From the IMG/VR virus record IMGVR_UViG_3300028581_000044, positions 1 to 61,761 of that record: a stretch of 61,761 bases of DNA; one strand, given 5' to 3'. Numbering within the stretch: the first letter of the stretch is position 1; each line of letters begins with the position of its first letter. A model generated the notes under the pieces. The model ran no database searches. It worked only from the letters and a program-made list of their open reading frames with translations, and was not told the DNA's origin. A program made the position numbers and the translations under genes. Shown one piece after another: positions 8,972 through 18,923 of this stretch. This DNA comes from a virus. Its lineage: Duplodnaviria; Caudoviricetes.

Positions 8972-9113
8972 TGTCTTTTTTAATTAAATATTCAATATAC
9001 TTCGATTTGTTAATATTTTTATCTTTGCAAATTTTATCCAATATTTCATCCAACTCAATATTAACAGATATTGATAAACTCTTTTTTTTGTTCGTTATTT
9101 TTGGTCTGCCCAT
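8943..9113 (-). CDS. small ribbon-helix-helix-like protein (not in ORF track)
   Basis: MGRPKITNKKKSLSISVNIELDEILDKICKDKNINKSKYIEYLIKKDI...*. Confidence 0.75.
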   Translation of the reverse strand: MGRPKITNKKKSLSISVNIELDEILDKICKDKNINKSKYIEYLIKKDIDNGKIKKS

Positions 9114-9212
9114 GATATTTATATAAAAAAATTATAGATTGGTTTAAAATAATTGTAAAATAGAAAAATATGACTTTATTTTATTTATATATACTACAAA
9201 AAAGATACATAT

Positions 9213-9374
9213 ATGAAAAAACCAGTAACAAAAAGAAAAATATCATTGAGACTAGATGTCATTGTTTATGATTTTTTAGAAGATAATTTCGAAAATAAAT
9301 CACAATATATTGAATACTTAATATATAAAGACATTAAAGAATCTGGATTATTAGAAAAAGAAATTATTTTGTAA
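9213..9374 (+). CDS. small ribbon-helix-helix-like protein (not in ORF track)
   Basis: MKKPVTKRKISLRLDVIVYDFLEDNFENKSQYIEYLIYKDIK...; TAATG overlap with the endonuclease gene. Confidence 0.75.
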   Translation: MKKPVTKRKISLRLDVIVYDFLEDNFENKSQYIEYLIYKDIKESGLLEKEIIL

Positions 9375-10747
9375 TGAAACCACACAATTTCAAATGGACA
9401 AAAGAAAAATGTCAAGAAGAAGCATTAAAATATAAGAATAAATTTGAATATCAAAAAAAATCAGGATCATCTTATAATAGTGCTTATAAAAATGGGTGGT
9501 TAAATGATATATGTTCACATATGAACAGACCAAAATCATATAATTTTAAATGGACCAAAGAAAAATGTCGAGATGAAGCATTAAAATATAATAGAAGAAT
9601 TGATTTTTTTAATGAAAATCCGGGTGTTTATAATAAATGTCAGAAAAACAATTGGTTGGATGATTTTTGTTCCCACATGATATCTAAAAAATTGAGAAAT
9701 TATTGGACAAAAGAAAAATGTATAAATGAATCATTAAAATATAAAACAAGGACAGAATTCAATAATAATTCACCAAGGGCTTATCAATTATGTTTACAAA
9801 ATAATTGGTTAATTTTATGTAGTCATTTAAATTTAAAAATTAAATCATATTCAAAAGAATATTGTATTGAAGAAAGTAAAAAATATAAAACATTGAAAGA
9901 TTTGATTAAAAATAATTTTTATTTATATTTGAAAATACTTCATAATGATTGGATGAAAGAATCATATGATCATATTGTAATATGTGGAAATCTATATAAT
10001 AGATGTATATATTCTTATGAATTTGTTGATAATTATGTGTATGTTGGTTTAACTTATAATTTAAATATTAGACATTTACAACACATGAAAAAGGGACCAG
10101 TGTTTAAACATATTAAAGAAACAAATTTAGAACCAAAACTTGTACAATTAACTGATTATATTGATGTGAAAAACGCTAAAATTAAAGAAGGTGAATATGT
10201 AAAAAAATATAAATACGATGGTTGGTTTGTTTTAAACTCATCTAAAACAGGCGGAATTGGATGTTCTAAATTAATAAAATGGACAAAAGAAAAATGTTTA
10301 GATGAATCAAAAAAATATCAAACTAAAACAGAATATTTCAAAAATTCACCATCATATTATACTGTTAAAAAAAATGGTTGGTTAGATGAATTATGTTCAC
10401 ATATGAAAGAAGGAAGAAAGCCCAATAATTATTGGAATTATGAAAAATGTTTAGAAGAAGCTAAGAAACAAAAAACAAAATCTAACTTCAGAAAATCTTT
10501 TACGGCATATAAAAATTCAATTAAAAATAATTGGTTGTTGGATATTTATTCTAATATGAATTGGAAATTACCAAATAAATCAATAAAATATTGGGAAATT
10601 TATGAAAATTGTTTGAATGAATCAAAAAAATATAAAACACCCACACAATTTATTAAAAAATCATCTCATGTTTATAAACAATCGTTAAAAAATAAATGGA
10701 TTGAAAAAATTTATCTATATAATAATTGGAAAATTAAAAACAAATAA
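9374..10747 (+). CDS. GIY-YIG homing endonuclease with seven ~50-aa repeats
   Basis: CIYSYEF..NYVYVGLT..L.IR..QH; WTKEKCxxExxKY...WLxxxCSHM repeats, 4 N-terminal and 3 C-terminal. Confidence 0.8.
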   Translation: MKPHNFKWTKEKCQEEALKYKNKFEYQKKSGSSYNSAYKNGWLNDICSHMNRPKSYNFKWTKEKCRDEALKYNRRIDFFNENPGVYNKCQKNNWLDDFCSHMISKKLRNYWTKEKCINESLKYKTRTEFNNNSPRAYQLCLQNNWLILCSHLNLKIKSYSKEYCIEESKKYKTLKDLIKNNFYLYLKILHNDWMKESYDHIVICGNLYNRCIYSYEFVDNYVYVGLTYNLNIRHLQHMKKGPVFKHIKETNLEPKLVQLTDYIDVKNAKIKEGEYVKKYKYDGWFVLNSSKTGGIGCSKLIKWTKEKCLDESKKYQTKTEYFKNSPSYYTVKKNGWLDELCSHMKEGRKPNNYWNYEKCLEEAKKQKTKSNFRKSFTAYKNSIKNNWLLDIYSNMNWKLPNKSIKYWEIYENCLNESKKYKTPTQFIKKSSHVYKQSLKNKWIEKIYLYNNWKIKNK

Positions 10748-10769
10748 CAATTTTTTTTATAGAATATAA

Positions 10770-12419
10770 ATGATAAACATAGATGGAAAAGTGGATATTT
10801 ATTTTCCTATGGAAATGAAACCAAGACCACAACAAATAGAACTTATTCAAAAATGTAAAGAATCTATAAATAATGGTAAAAAATTTTTACTTTTAAATTC
10901 ACCAGTGGGTAGTGGAAAATCATATTTTGCAATCATGTTTTCAAATTGGTATAAAAATTATGTAGGTGATGAAAATACTAAAATTGATATTGTTACAAAC
11001 AGTAAATTACTTCAAGATCAATACCAAAATAGTTTCAATTTCATAAAAGTATTGAAAGGACAAAACAATTATAACTGTACAAGACATCAAGGGTTTAATT
11101 GTCAGGAAGGAAAAGAAATGAATTCCATTCAGAGTCTCAAAAAATGTGATCATTGTCCTTATGATATTGACAAACTTATTTGGACTCATTCAGATATTGG
11201 AATTACAAATTTCCATCTGATAAATAGTTTTATGATTTACGCACCGACACCGACACTGGAAGATAGAAATGCTAGTGTACTTATTTGTGATGAAGCTCAT
11301 GATTTTGAATCTGTTTTTTGTGATTTTTTATCCACTAAATTAAGTGGTAAATTATTAAAAAAATATGGAATGGATCAAGTCTATATTGAAAAATATGAAC
11401 AAATTTTAAACAATATAAAAACAGTTCAGGAATTTATGGATTTTATTCAAGATAAATTCATACCATATATTTCAGTACTAAATCAAAAATATGAAGGACT
11501 TCTGAAAAGTAATGAAAATAAACAATTATATTTCAAATATTATTCCTATACATCAAGTCAAATCGAAAAATTTGATAATATTTTAGTTAAATATGATAAA
11601 GATCCAGATAACTGGTCATTGGATATCACATATTCAAAAGATAAAAGAGTTGAACTTATAATCGAACCAATTTGGGGTTATGATTACCTCAATGAATATG
11701 TTTGGAAAAGATATGATCATATTGTTTTTATGAGTGGTAGTATTTTAGATAAAAATATGTTCTGTTTTACAAATGGTTTACAACCAGAACTAACTGATTA
11801 CTATAGTCTTGAATCTACATTCCCAATACAAAATAGACCTTTATATTATGTCAAATGTGGTAAAATGACATATAATTCCAAAAGAGAAACATTTGAAAAA
11901 CAGGTTCCTATTATCAAAAACATTTTAAAAAAGTATAAAGATAAGAGTGGTATTATACATACTACTAATTATGAAATTGCTGATTGGATAAAAAATGCAA
12001 TAGATGATGATAGATTAATTAAACATGATCCGGAAACCAGAGAAGATATTGTGACTAAATTTTTGAAAGAAGGTAAAAAGATAAAAAGTGAAGATGAAGA
12101 AAAAACAAATTCGGTTATGATTTCACCATCACTAATAAGTGGAATATCTTTAGATGGAGACCTATCAAGGTTTCAAATTATTGTAAAAATGCCATACCCA
12201 AATATAAGTAGTAATAAAATCAAAGCCAGACAAAAAGCAGATAAAAGATGGTACGATTGGTTTACTTGTGTGCAAATTATTCAAATGTCTGGTCGTAGTG
12301 TTAGATCAGAAAATGATTGGGCACATACTTTTATTTTAGATTCATCTTTTTCAGATATACTAAAAAGAACATCATATTTACCAAGATGGTTTACTGATGC
12401 AATAATAATGTTAAAATAA
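10770..12419 (+). CDS. DinG/XPD-like SF2 helicase
   Basis: RPQQ Q-motif, SPVGSGKS, Cys cluster, CDEAH, QMSGRSVR. Confidence 0.88.
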   Translation: MINIDGKVDIYFPMEMKPRPQQIELIQKCKESINNGKKFLLLNSPVGSGKSYFAIMFSNWYKNYVGDENTKIDIVTNSKLLQDQYQNSFNFIKVLKGQNNYNCTRHQGFNCQEGKEMNSIQSLKKCDHCPYDIDKLIWTHSDIGITNFHLINSFMIYAPTPTLEDRNASVLICDEAHDFESVFCDFLSTKLSGKLLKKYGMDQVYIEKYEQILNNIKTVQEFMDFIQDKFIPYISVLNQKYEGLLKSNENKQLYFKYYSYTSSQIEKFDNILVKYDKDPDNWSLDITYSKDKRVELIIEPIWGYDYLNEYVWKRYDHIVFMSGSILDKNMFCFTNGLQPELTDYYSLESTFPIQNRPLYYVKCGKMTYNSKRETFEKQVPIIKNILKKYKDKSGIIHTTNYEIADWIKNAIDDDRLIKHDPETREDIVTKFLKEGKKIKSEDEEKTNSVMISPSLISGISLDGDLSRFQIIVKMPYPNISSNKIKARQKADKRWYDWFTCVQIIQMSGRSVRSENDWAHTFILDSSFSDILKRTSYLPRWFTDAIIMLK

Positions 12420-12423
12420 AAGA

Positions 12424-12450
12424 AAAAGGGGGATAAAATATCCCCCTATT
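12424..12450. terminator. hairpin terminator between convergent genes
   Basis: AGGGGGATA-aaa-TATCCCCCT. Confidence 0.6.
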
Positions 12451-12486
12451 TCCACCATGACAAATCAAAATCAAATAAACCAAATC

Positions 12487-12687
12487 TTAACAAACTTCAC
12501 CAAAACTCGTTAAACATTCATCACAAACTGTAATTATATATTCGTTTCCATCTAATTTACTACCGAATCCAGCGAATATTCTTTCAACAACACCACCTTC
12601 CCATAAACAACGTTCTGGTGGATAATCTTTTTCTGGTTCGTAAATTAATTTAATTTCTTTCCCACATTTAATACAATATCTATTCAT
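12487..12687 (-). CDS. small Zn-ribbon protein
   Basis: CIKC...CDEC. Confidence 0.65.
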   Translation of the reverse strand: MNRYCIKCGKEIKLIYEPEKDYPPERCLWEGGVVERIFAGFGSKLDGNEYIITVCDECLTSFGEVC

Positions 12688-13348
12688 AAATTTTAATTAA
12701 AGGTTTGAAATCTTTTGCGGTATCAAAATCCATTGTTCCGTATGCTAATATTAAAATTTTATCACCGACATAGAATTTTCTAGCTGCCGCTCCATTTATT
12801 CCGATGATGTTAGAACCTCTTTCTCCTTTGAGAATATAGGTTTCTATTCTTTCACCGTTATTTAAATTAAGAACTTGAACTTTTTGATTTTCGATCATGT
12901 TTACATCATCCATCATATCTTCATCAATGGTTATACTTCCCATATAATGTAGATTTGCTTCGGTTACTGTAACATTATGAATTTTTGATATTAATACTTC
13001 TATTAACTCATCTTCCGCTCTTTTTAAATTCCATTTTCTTTGATTAATTTCCGCCATCTCTTCTTTCTTTTTCTTCTTTTCCATAGAAATTTTAACTCTA
13101 TCACTTTCGTCTATGATTGTTCCGGTAGTTATAGAAAATTCGACCATTTCTGGAATACCGTATTCAGGATATTGATTTGACCACCAAGTTATTTGGCGTC
13201 TCGCATTACCCATTTTAGGATAAATTTTAGCATTTAAAATATCTGTAACCCAAGATTCACCCGAACCACTATATCCTTTTGCTCTTAACCATTTACCATC
13301 TTTACTTCTTACAGCGTAAAATTTAAGATTTACTGAAATTTCTGACAT
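12680..13348 (-). CDS. panD: unknown N-terminal domain fused to aspartate 1-decarboxylase
   Basis: C-terminal ~108 aa: EVLISKIH..VTEANLHYMG|SITID..NGERIETY..INGAAAR. Confidence 0.85.
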   Translation of the reverse strand: MSEISVNLKFYAVRSKDGKWLRAKGYSGSGESWVTDILNAKIYPKMGNARRQITWWSNQYPEYGIPEMVEFSITTGTIIDESDRVKISMEKKKKKEEMAEINQRKWNLKRAEDELIEVLISKIHNVTVTEANLHYMGSITIDEDMMDDVNMIENQKVQVLNLNNGERIETYILKGERGSNIIGINGAAARKFYVGDKILILAYGTMDFDTAKDFKPLIKIYE

Positions 13349-13394
13349 ATTTCTGATTTTAAACTAATATAAGAAAAATATTTGAAAATAAAAA

Positions 13395-13859
13395 TTATTC
13401 ACTTAATTTTTCGATTAAATGTTTTAATAAAGTTTCTTGTGTATCGTGTAATTGTATATATGAATATTTTGGATCATCTTTAAAATATAATGGAACCCAC
13501 ATTACTTTATCATTTTCCGGAACTTTATCTCCTCTTCTGTTAATGAATGTGGATGTACATTTTAATTCAACTTTTGAAAAATCTTCATTGGTAAAAATAG
13601 CATAAGATTTAAGTTGTTTCTTTGTCTTTTGATATTTAATCATTTCAAATTCCAATATTTGTGTTATTTTATTGGAATTTAAATTTATTTTCACATTTGT
13701 TTCTTCAAAAGTTTCTCTGATAGCGGCTTCCATATATGTTTCACCTTTTTCTATTAGTCCTTTTGGTATTGACCACATATTAAAAGGTGCATTTATAGCG
13801 TGACCCAATAAGAGTTCATTTTTGTTGTTTATTAAGAAAATTCCACAAGCTGTATCCAT
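13395..13859 (-). CDS. Nudix hydrolase
   Basis: PKGLIEKGETYMEAAIRETFEETNV. Confidence 0.9.
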   Translation of the reverse strand: MDTACGIFLINNKNELLLGHAINAPFNMWSIPKGLIEKGETYMEAAIRETFEETNVKINLNSNKITQILEFEMIKYQKTKKQLKSYAIFTNEDFSKVELKCTSTFINRRGDKVPENDKVMWVPLYFKDDPKYSYIQLHDTQETLLKHLIEKLSE

Positions 13860-13889
13860 CTAAATTTAATTTTAACTTATATATAAATT

Positions 13890-14339
13890 CTATTTTTCAT
13901 AATACATAAAATATCTGTAATTTTCGTTATGTTTTTCACCATGATCAAATAGAATTTTAAAATAATTTTTTTCGAAAAAGTCTTTTAAATTTGTATCAAT
14001 CATAATATCAATATATCTAAATTTTGATTTCTTGATCTGACTTAATGTATATCTCAATATTTTCTGACCGTAACCTTTATTTCTTTCATTTGGTTCTACA
14101 CAAAGATCTATAACCGAAATATAATTATCAAAATCAACCGGATAAACCCAAGCACAAATACCCATTAATTTATCACCATTAAATATACCATATAGTTTAC
14201 CATATTTATTGATAAAATACCATTGGTGTTTAAACCCATCTGGGTTTTTTTGATATATAACATCATTTGAAAATGATTTATCAAATATTTTTTTAGCTTT
14301 TGTCCAGTTTGGATTTGTTGAAATTTTTCTATAATGCAT
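13890..14339 (-). CDS. GNAT acetyltransferase
   Basis: LCVEPNERNKGYGQKIL; FFEKNYF. Confidence 0.8.
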   Translation of the reverse strand: MHYRKISTNPNWTKAKKIFDKSFSNDVIYQKNPDGFKHQWYFINKYGKLYGIFNGDKLMGICAWVYPVDFDNYISVIDLCVEPNERNKGYGQKILRYTLSQIKKSKFRYIDIMIDTNLKDFFEKNYFKILFDHGEKHNENYRYFMYYEK

Positions 14340-14462
14340 AAAAAAGACTTGTTATCTATTATATATGAAAAACAATTCTTTGTTTAAGGTATTTGGACAC
14401 ATGAAAAATATAGAATAAACAAGAATAAAATTTTAATATATAGTCATAAATAAATTAACATT

Positions 14463-15512
14463 GTGAAGATATATATTTATACATTATCAGATCCCACAAC
14501 AAATGAAGTTCGTTATTGTGGAAAAACAAAAGATATGTCAATAAGATACAAATCCCATTTAAAAACTTCACCAAAATATAAAAATAGAAAAAGAAATTGG
14601 GTTAAAAGTTTGAAAAATAAAGGGATTAAACCAGTCATGGAAGTTATCGATATTGTAGATGTTGAAAATTGGAATTTTTGGGAAAAATATTGGATTTCAC
14701 AATTAAAATCTTGGGGATTTAATTTAGTAAATGGTAATAATGGTGGTGGATTTGATGTTACTGGATTTAAACATACAGAAGAATCAAAAAATAAAATAAC
14801 AAACGCTCAAAAAGGTAGAAAATTATCAGAAGAATGGAAGAGAAATATATCTATTGGAAGGTCTGGAATCACATTTTCGGAAAATCATATTAAAAATCTT
14901 TCTAAATCACACAAAGGTAAGAAGGCAAATAATAATAAGATTATTTATCAAATCGATATGAAAAATGGTGAAATATTAAATAAATTTGAATCGATAAAAA
15001 ATGCTTTGAAATATTTAAATGTGGATTTGAAAAACTCTAATATATCAAAAGTTTGTAAAAATAAATTAAAATCTGTTTTTGGTTATTATTGGTGTTATGA
15101 AGATGATTATGATAAATATAGTTTTTTAAAATATAAAAGAAAAAATCAAAAAACAATTATTCAATATGATAAAAATGGAAAAATGATAAATAAATTCGAA
15201 TCTATATCCGAAGCATCAAACTTCACCGGAATAAAAAGAGACTACATATCACATGTTGTAAATGATAATATAGTTTCAGCTGGTAATTTTATATGGTTGT
15301 TTGATGGTGATGAAAATAAATTACAAAATAAAATAAATAGATGTAAAAAAGATTACATTATATTACAAATAAAAGATAATCAAATTATAAATACTTATAA
15401 TAGTATAAAAGAAGCTTTTGATAAAACAAATATAAAACATATAGGTTCCGTTATAAATGGAAATAGAAAAATAGCTGGTGGTTTTGATTGGAAAAAACAA
15501 TTAAACCAATGA
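14463..15512 (+). CDS. GIY-YIG homing endonuclease with NUMOD3/NUMOD1-type modules
   Basis: IYIYTL..P..EVRYCGKT; HTEESKNKI; IYQ...FESIxxA...I..V repeats. Confidence 0.85.
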   Translation: MKIYIYTLSDPTTNEVRYCGKTKDMSIRYKSHLKTSPKYKNRKRNWVKSLKNKGIKPVMEVIDIVDVENWNFWEKYWISQLKSWGFNLVNGNNGGGFDVTGFKHTEESKNKITNAQKGRKLSEEWKRNISIGRSGITFSENHIKNLSKSHKGKKANNNKIIYQIDMKNGEILNKFESIKNALKYLNVDLKNSNISKVCKNKLKSVFGYYWCYEDDYDKYSFLKYKRKNQKTIIQYDKNGKMINKFESISEASNFTGIKRDYISHVVNDNIVSAGNFIWLFDGDENKLQNKINRCKKDYIILQIKDNQIINTYNSIKEAFDKTNIKHIGSVINGNRKIAGGFDWKKQLNQ

Positions 15513-16247
15513 TTGTAAAGCTGATATTATTTCTGGCTGTGGATCCGGATCAGATTTATCGTTTCTATATGACACATGTCCCCAAATGCCCGGTTTACCC
15601 GCCAATGCATCTCTTGATACATCCCACATATCATTATTATATGTCTTTGGAATATTCCATCTATCACATAAGTAATTAACTAATTTTGCAACAGAATTAA
15701 TTTGTTCAGGTGTATATTTTTCGAAATATTTATAATCTCTAAATGGTTTCTCGAATATTTGAACGTTATTTTCAGGTATTACAATTTTTGGGTTTCCAAC
15801 TTCTTTACCAATGTTTGCATCCCAATAAGAAGGGTGAAAACCATTCATATCTTTTATTAAACCACCCCAACGACATATTTCTATACCAATTGTCGTTTTA
15901 TTTAAAATTGTATTTCTTGTTCCGGAATCTGTAAATCCAAGTTGTTGTAGAAAACTACTTTTAACACCCAAATGATGTGCCCAATATTTTGATGAATATA
16001 ATTGGTAAATTTTACCATCACCTTGAATAATAAAATGGGTAGCTATTCTTTCTGGTCCTTGTAACCACCAATTTACAACTCCGTTAGCGTTCGGACCTGA
16101 AACAGTATGATGAAGAGTGATTTGAGTTTTTGCTGTTTCTTCTCTATAATATTGATTTTCAGGAAAGTTCACTTGAACCAATTCTGATAAATTTAATTGT
16201 TCTGGCATATTTCTTGTGATTATTTTCTCGTATATATTGATTTTCAA
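15501..16247 (-). CDS. N-acetylmuramoyl-L-alanine amidase (Amidase_2), possible endolysin
   Basis: ITLHHT, ATHFII, WAHHLG, IGIEIC, GH...KSDP. Confidence 0.85.
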   Translation of the reverse strand: MKINIYEKIITRNMPEQLNLSELVQVNFPENQYYREETAKTQITLHHTVSGPNANGVVNWWLQGPERIATHFIIQGDGKIYQLYSSKYWAHHLGVKSSFLQQLGFTDSGTRNTILNKTTIGIEICRWGGLIKDMNGFHPSYWDANIGKEVGNPKIVIPENNVQIFEKPFRDYKYFEKYTPEQINSVAKLVNYLCDRWNIPKTYNNDMWDVSRDALAGKPGIWGHVSYRNDKSDPDPQPEIISALQSLV

Positions 16248-16252
16248 GCATA

Positions 16253-16282
16253 AAAAAACCGATAAAATAATTTATCGGTTTC
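16253..16282. terminator. intrinsic terminator
   Basis: AAACCGATAAA-ataa-TTTATCGGTTT with an A-run. Confidence 0.65.
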
Positions 16283-16300
16283 TTGAAATTGTTTCAATTT

Positions 16301-17548
16301 TTATTCTTTCAATTTATCTTTTATTTTTTCAACTATTTCTGTTATCATATCATCAATATTTGTATTCATTTTGAATTTTGGATATGTACTGGAAAATTTA
16401 TTTATAATATATTTTTGACCATCAAATTCTTTTTGAGCACCTATTACAATTTTAAAATCTTTTATATTTTGTCCTTTAGCCCACCATTCACCTATTTCAA
16501 ATCTTGTTGTTTGGGCATAACTTCTACCTTCAATTTTTTCTTTTTCTTTAGCTAGCCAGAAAACAATTATACCATTCTTTGACGCATTATCTAAATAATA
16601 CGATTCCCAATCAACTTGTTCATTATAAACAAAATCTTTACTTTTTTCCAATCTTCTTGGTGAACAAATAACAATATTTTTGTTTTCTTTTAAATTTTTG
16701 AATTCTTTTTGAATTTTTTCAATGAATTCTTCTTGCCATTCTGTTGCACCTTGAATAGGTCCGGCGAGAAATACGACAATATCTTTATTATTTTCAAAAT
16801 TTTCAACAATATCATATTCTGGTGCTCTTAATACTTTCACTTCACCTTTTTTATGTTGAATATTTGAATTTAATTCACCAGCAAATACATTTTGATCATA
16901 GTGAATCCTAATACCATTCATTTGAAATTTTATTAAATCTTCGGAAACTGGCATAAAATGCCAAGCATCGACACCAACATTTATCATATTTCTTTGTACT
17001 TTCCAAGTACCGTGGATGTGTCCTGTGATGTTGAAGAAATTTGGTTTCGTATTAGTCGGAAAATGATTAATATAAACAATTTCGTTTCCGATTTCTAATT
17101 CTAGTTCGTCTACAACTTTGGTAAAATATTTAGATAAAATTTTATCTGATATTTCATATTTAGCCGTTCCACCATTTTCAACAGAAATATCGTAATTGCC
17201 TTTTACCAACCATTTTTCACCGTTTAATTTCTTTAAATTTTCTAATCCTTCTTTAGTCATCGATACATCACCGACTACAATGACCAAATCATTTTCATTT
17301 ATTGTTTTATTCCAATTTTTAATAATATATTTATCAACTTCATTAGAATTATTGAACATTAAATCTCTACCATAAAGATTTAATCTATCATCTTGAAAAT
17401 GAATATCTGATATAAAAAATCTTTTTCTTTTTGAAATATTTTTTGTTTTCTCTAACATTATATTTCTAAATTCTTGTGGGTTTCTACATATTTTTTCTTC
17501 CATTATATTTATATTTATTTCATTAATAAAATTTTCAAATGTTTTCAT
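16301..17548 (-). CDS. calcineurin-like metallophosphoesterase fused to nucleoside 2-deoxyribosyltransferase-like domain
   Basis: SDIH, VGD, GNYD, GHIH; then VFLAGPIQGATEWQ...WE...TRFEIG. Confidence 0.8.
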   Translation of the reverse strand: MKTFENFINEININIMEEKICRNPQEFRNIMLEKTKNISKRKRFFISDIHFQDDRLNLYGRDLMFNNSNEVDKYIIKNWNKTINENDLVIVVGDVSMTKEGLENLKKLNGEKWLVKGNYDISVENGGTAKYEISDKILSKYFTKVVDELELEIGNEIVYINHFPTNTKPNFFNITGHIHGTWKVQRNMINVGVDAWHFMPVSEDLIKFQMNGIRIHYDQNVFAGELNSNIQHKKGEVKVLRAPEYDIVENFENNKDIVVFLAGPIQGATEWQEEFIEKIQKEFKNLKENKNIVICSPRRLEKSKDFVYNEQVDWESYYLDNASKNGIIVFWLAKEKEKIEGRSYAQTTRFEIGEWWAKGQNIKDFKIVIGAQKEFDGQKYIINKFSSTYPKFKMNTNIDDMITEIVEKIKDKLKE

Positions 17549-17865
17549 TATTCTATCTTATTTTTATTATTAAAATATGATTCTGATTCTGTCTCATCAA
17601 TTTTCTCATTCAAAGAATAAATTTCATTATACAATTCTAATGCTTCTGTATAAAGTTCATGAGATTCTGGAATTTCATCTAATGCTTCCATTGCTTCCTC
17701 TGGTGAATCATAATCCTCCCAATCATCTGGATCATCACCTTTAAATTTACAATAAAGTATATTTGCTTTATTGAGTAAAATCGACATTTTATCATACAAT
17801 CCAGCATCTTCCGAAGCTTCAGTATAATCTTCGTTAATAAACTGTTTAAATTTTTTAATTTTCAT
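17548..17865 (-). CDS. acidic hypothetical protein with CTS-like N-terminus
   Basis: Likely start MKIKKFKQFINE. Confidence 0.65.
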   Translation of the reverse strand: MKIKKFKQFINEDYTEASEDAGLYDKMSILLNKANILYCKFKGDDPDDWEDYDSPEEAMEALDEIPESHELYTEALELYNEIYSLNEKIDETESESYFNNKNKIE

Positions 17866-17879
17866 GTTCTCGTTTTTTT

Positions 17880-18380
17880 TTACAATTGTTTTGTCCAAAT
17901 ATAATATCCTTCTTTCTCACCTTTATGTTCGAAACCAGAAATCATAGTGATTATTTTTATTATTTCTTCAATAGTTAATATATTATTGAATGTGAATTTT
18001 AAATCATCTTTATTAATAAAAGATACAGGTTTAACATTTATTCCATAAATATTTAAACTGTTTGGTAAATTGGAATAGAATTCAGAAATAGAAAGATTTG
18101 TAATGTTGTTTTTAACGGTTTCCTCTATCTCCTGTTTGCCCAAAATTATAACCCTAAATTGTACCCTGTTACTATTGAGGATGTCACCAGTCAAGTCATT
18201 TACCTTAAAAATATGTCTTACAGCATCTTCCACATCAATATAATTTTCAAATGTATTAAAATAGGTTGCAATCATGGTTTTATGACCCTTATCCGCTGGT
18301 TTTAATCCTACGGTGATTTCATTTATTCTAATACCGGGAATATTAAAAGATTCATTAAATTGTTGCCAGTTTTTCACCAT
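17880..18380 (-). CDS. hypothetical protein with CTS-like N-terminus
   Basis: Likely start MVKNWQQFNES. Confidence 0.65.
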   Translation of the reverse strand: MVKNWQQFNESFNIPGIRINEITVGLKPADKGHKTMIATYFNTFENYIDVEDAVRHIFKVNDLTGDILNSNRVQFRVIILGKQEIEETVKNNITNLSISEFYSNLPNSLNIYGINVKPVSFINKDDLKFTFNNILTIEEIIKIITMISGFEHKGEKEGYYIWTKQL

Positions 18381-18381
18381 T

Positions 18382-18612
18382 TTAAATATCATTTTTTATT
18401 TCTTTCAAATCTTCAACAGAATATTTTTCTAGTCTATTTTGTGAATATGTATTTTCTTTTGAATCCATTATTGAACGTATCAAATCGTGTTTTTCTTTTG
18501 CCAATTCTGTTACACTACCTTGTTCTTTTTTCCAATTTGACCAGAATAAATCAGAATCGAATTTATTTTCTTTACCTTCATTTAAAAAATTTGAAAAACT
18601 TAATAATTTCAT
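18382..18612 (-). CDS. hypothetical protein with CTS-like N-terminus
   Basis: MKLLSFSNFLNEG. Confidence 0.65.
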   Translation of the reverse strand: MKLLSFSNFLNEGKENKFDSDLFWSNWKKEQGSVTELAKEKHDLIRSIMDSKENTYSQNRLEKYSVEDLKEIKNDI

Positions 18613-18887
18613 ATTTTACATATTAATTTTTTTGGTCCTATAACAATATCATAGTTTCTATCAACCGTATATATTTTATCTGGACAATGAAAATATAAAC
18701 CATTATCATCACCAGTTGCATCCAATACTGTTTCATTAATAACACCTTCCATAGAATGAAATTGAATTTGATCATCATATTGAATAGTTAAATCACTTAT
18801 CTTATCGGATAAATCTTTATTATTCAAACCGGTATAATCAACAATTTGTTGTGATTCTAAAATAAGAAATTGTTTAAAAGTTTTCAT
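18609..18887 (-). CDS. hypothetical protein with CTS-like N-terminus
   Basis: MKTFKQFLILES; AATATATA motif upstream. Confidence 0.65.
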   Translation of the reverse strand: MKTFKQFLILESQQIVDYTGLNNKDLSDKISDLTIQYDDQIQFHSMEGVINETVLDATGDDNGLYFHCPDKIYTVDRNYDIVIGPKKLICKI

Positions 18888-18923
18888 TAATATAAACTTT
18901 GATTTTCAGTATATATTAAAATG

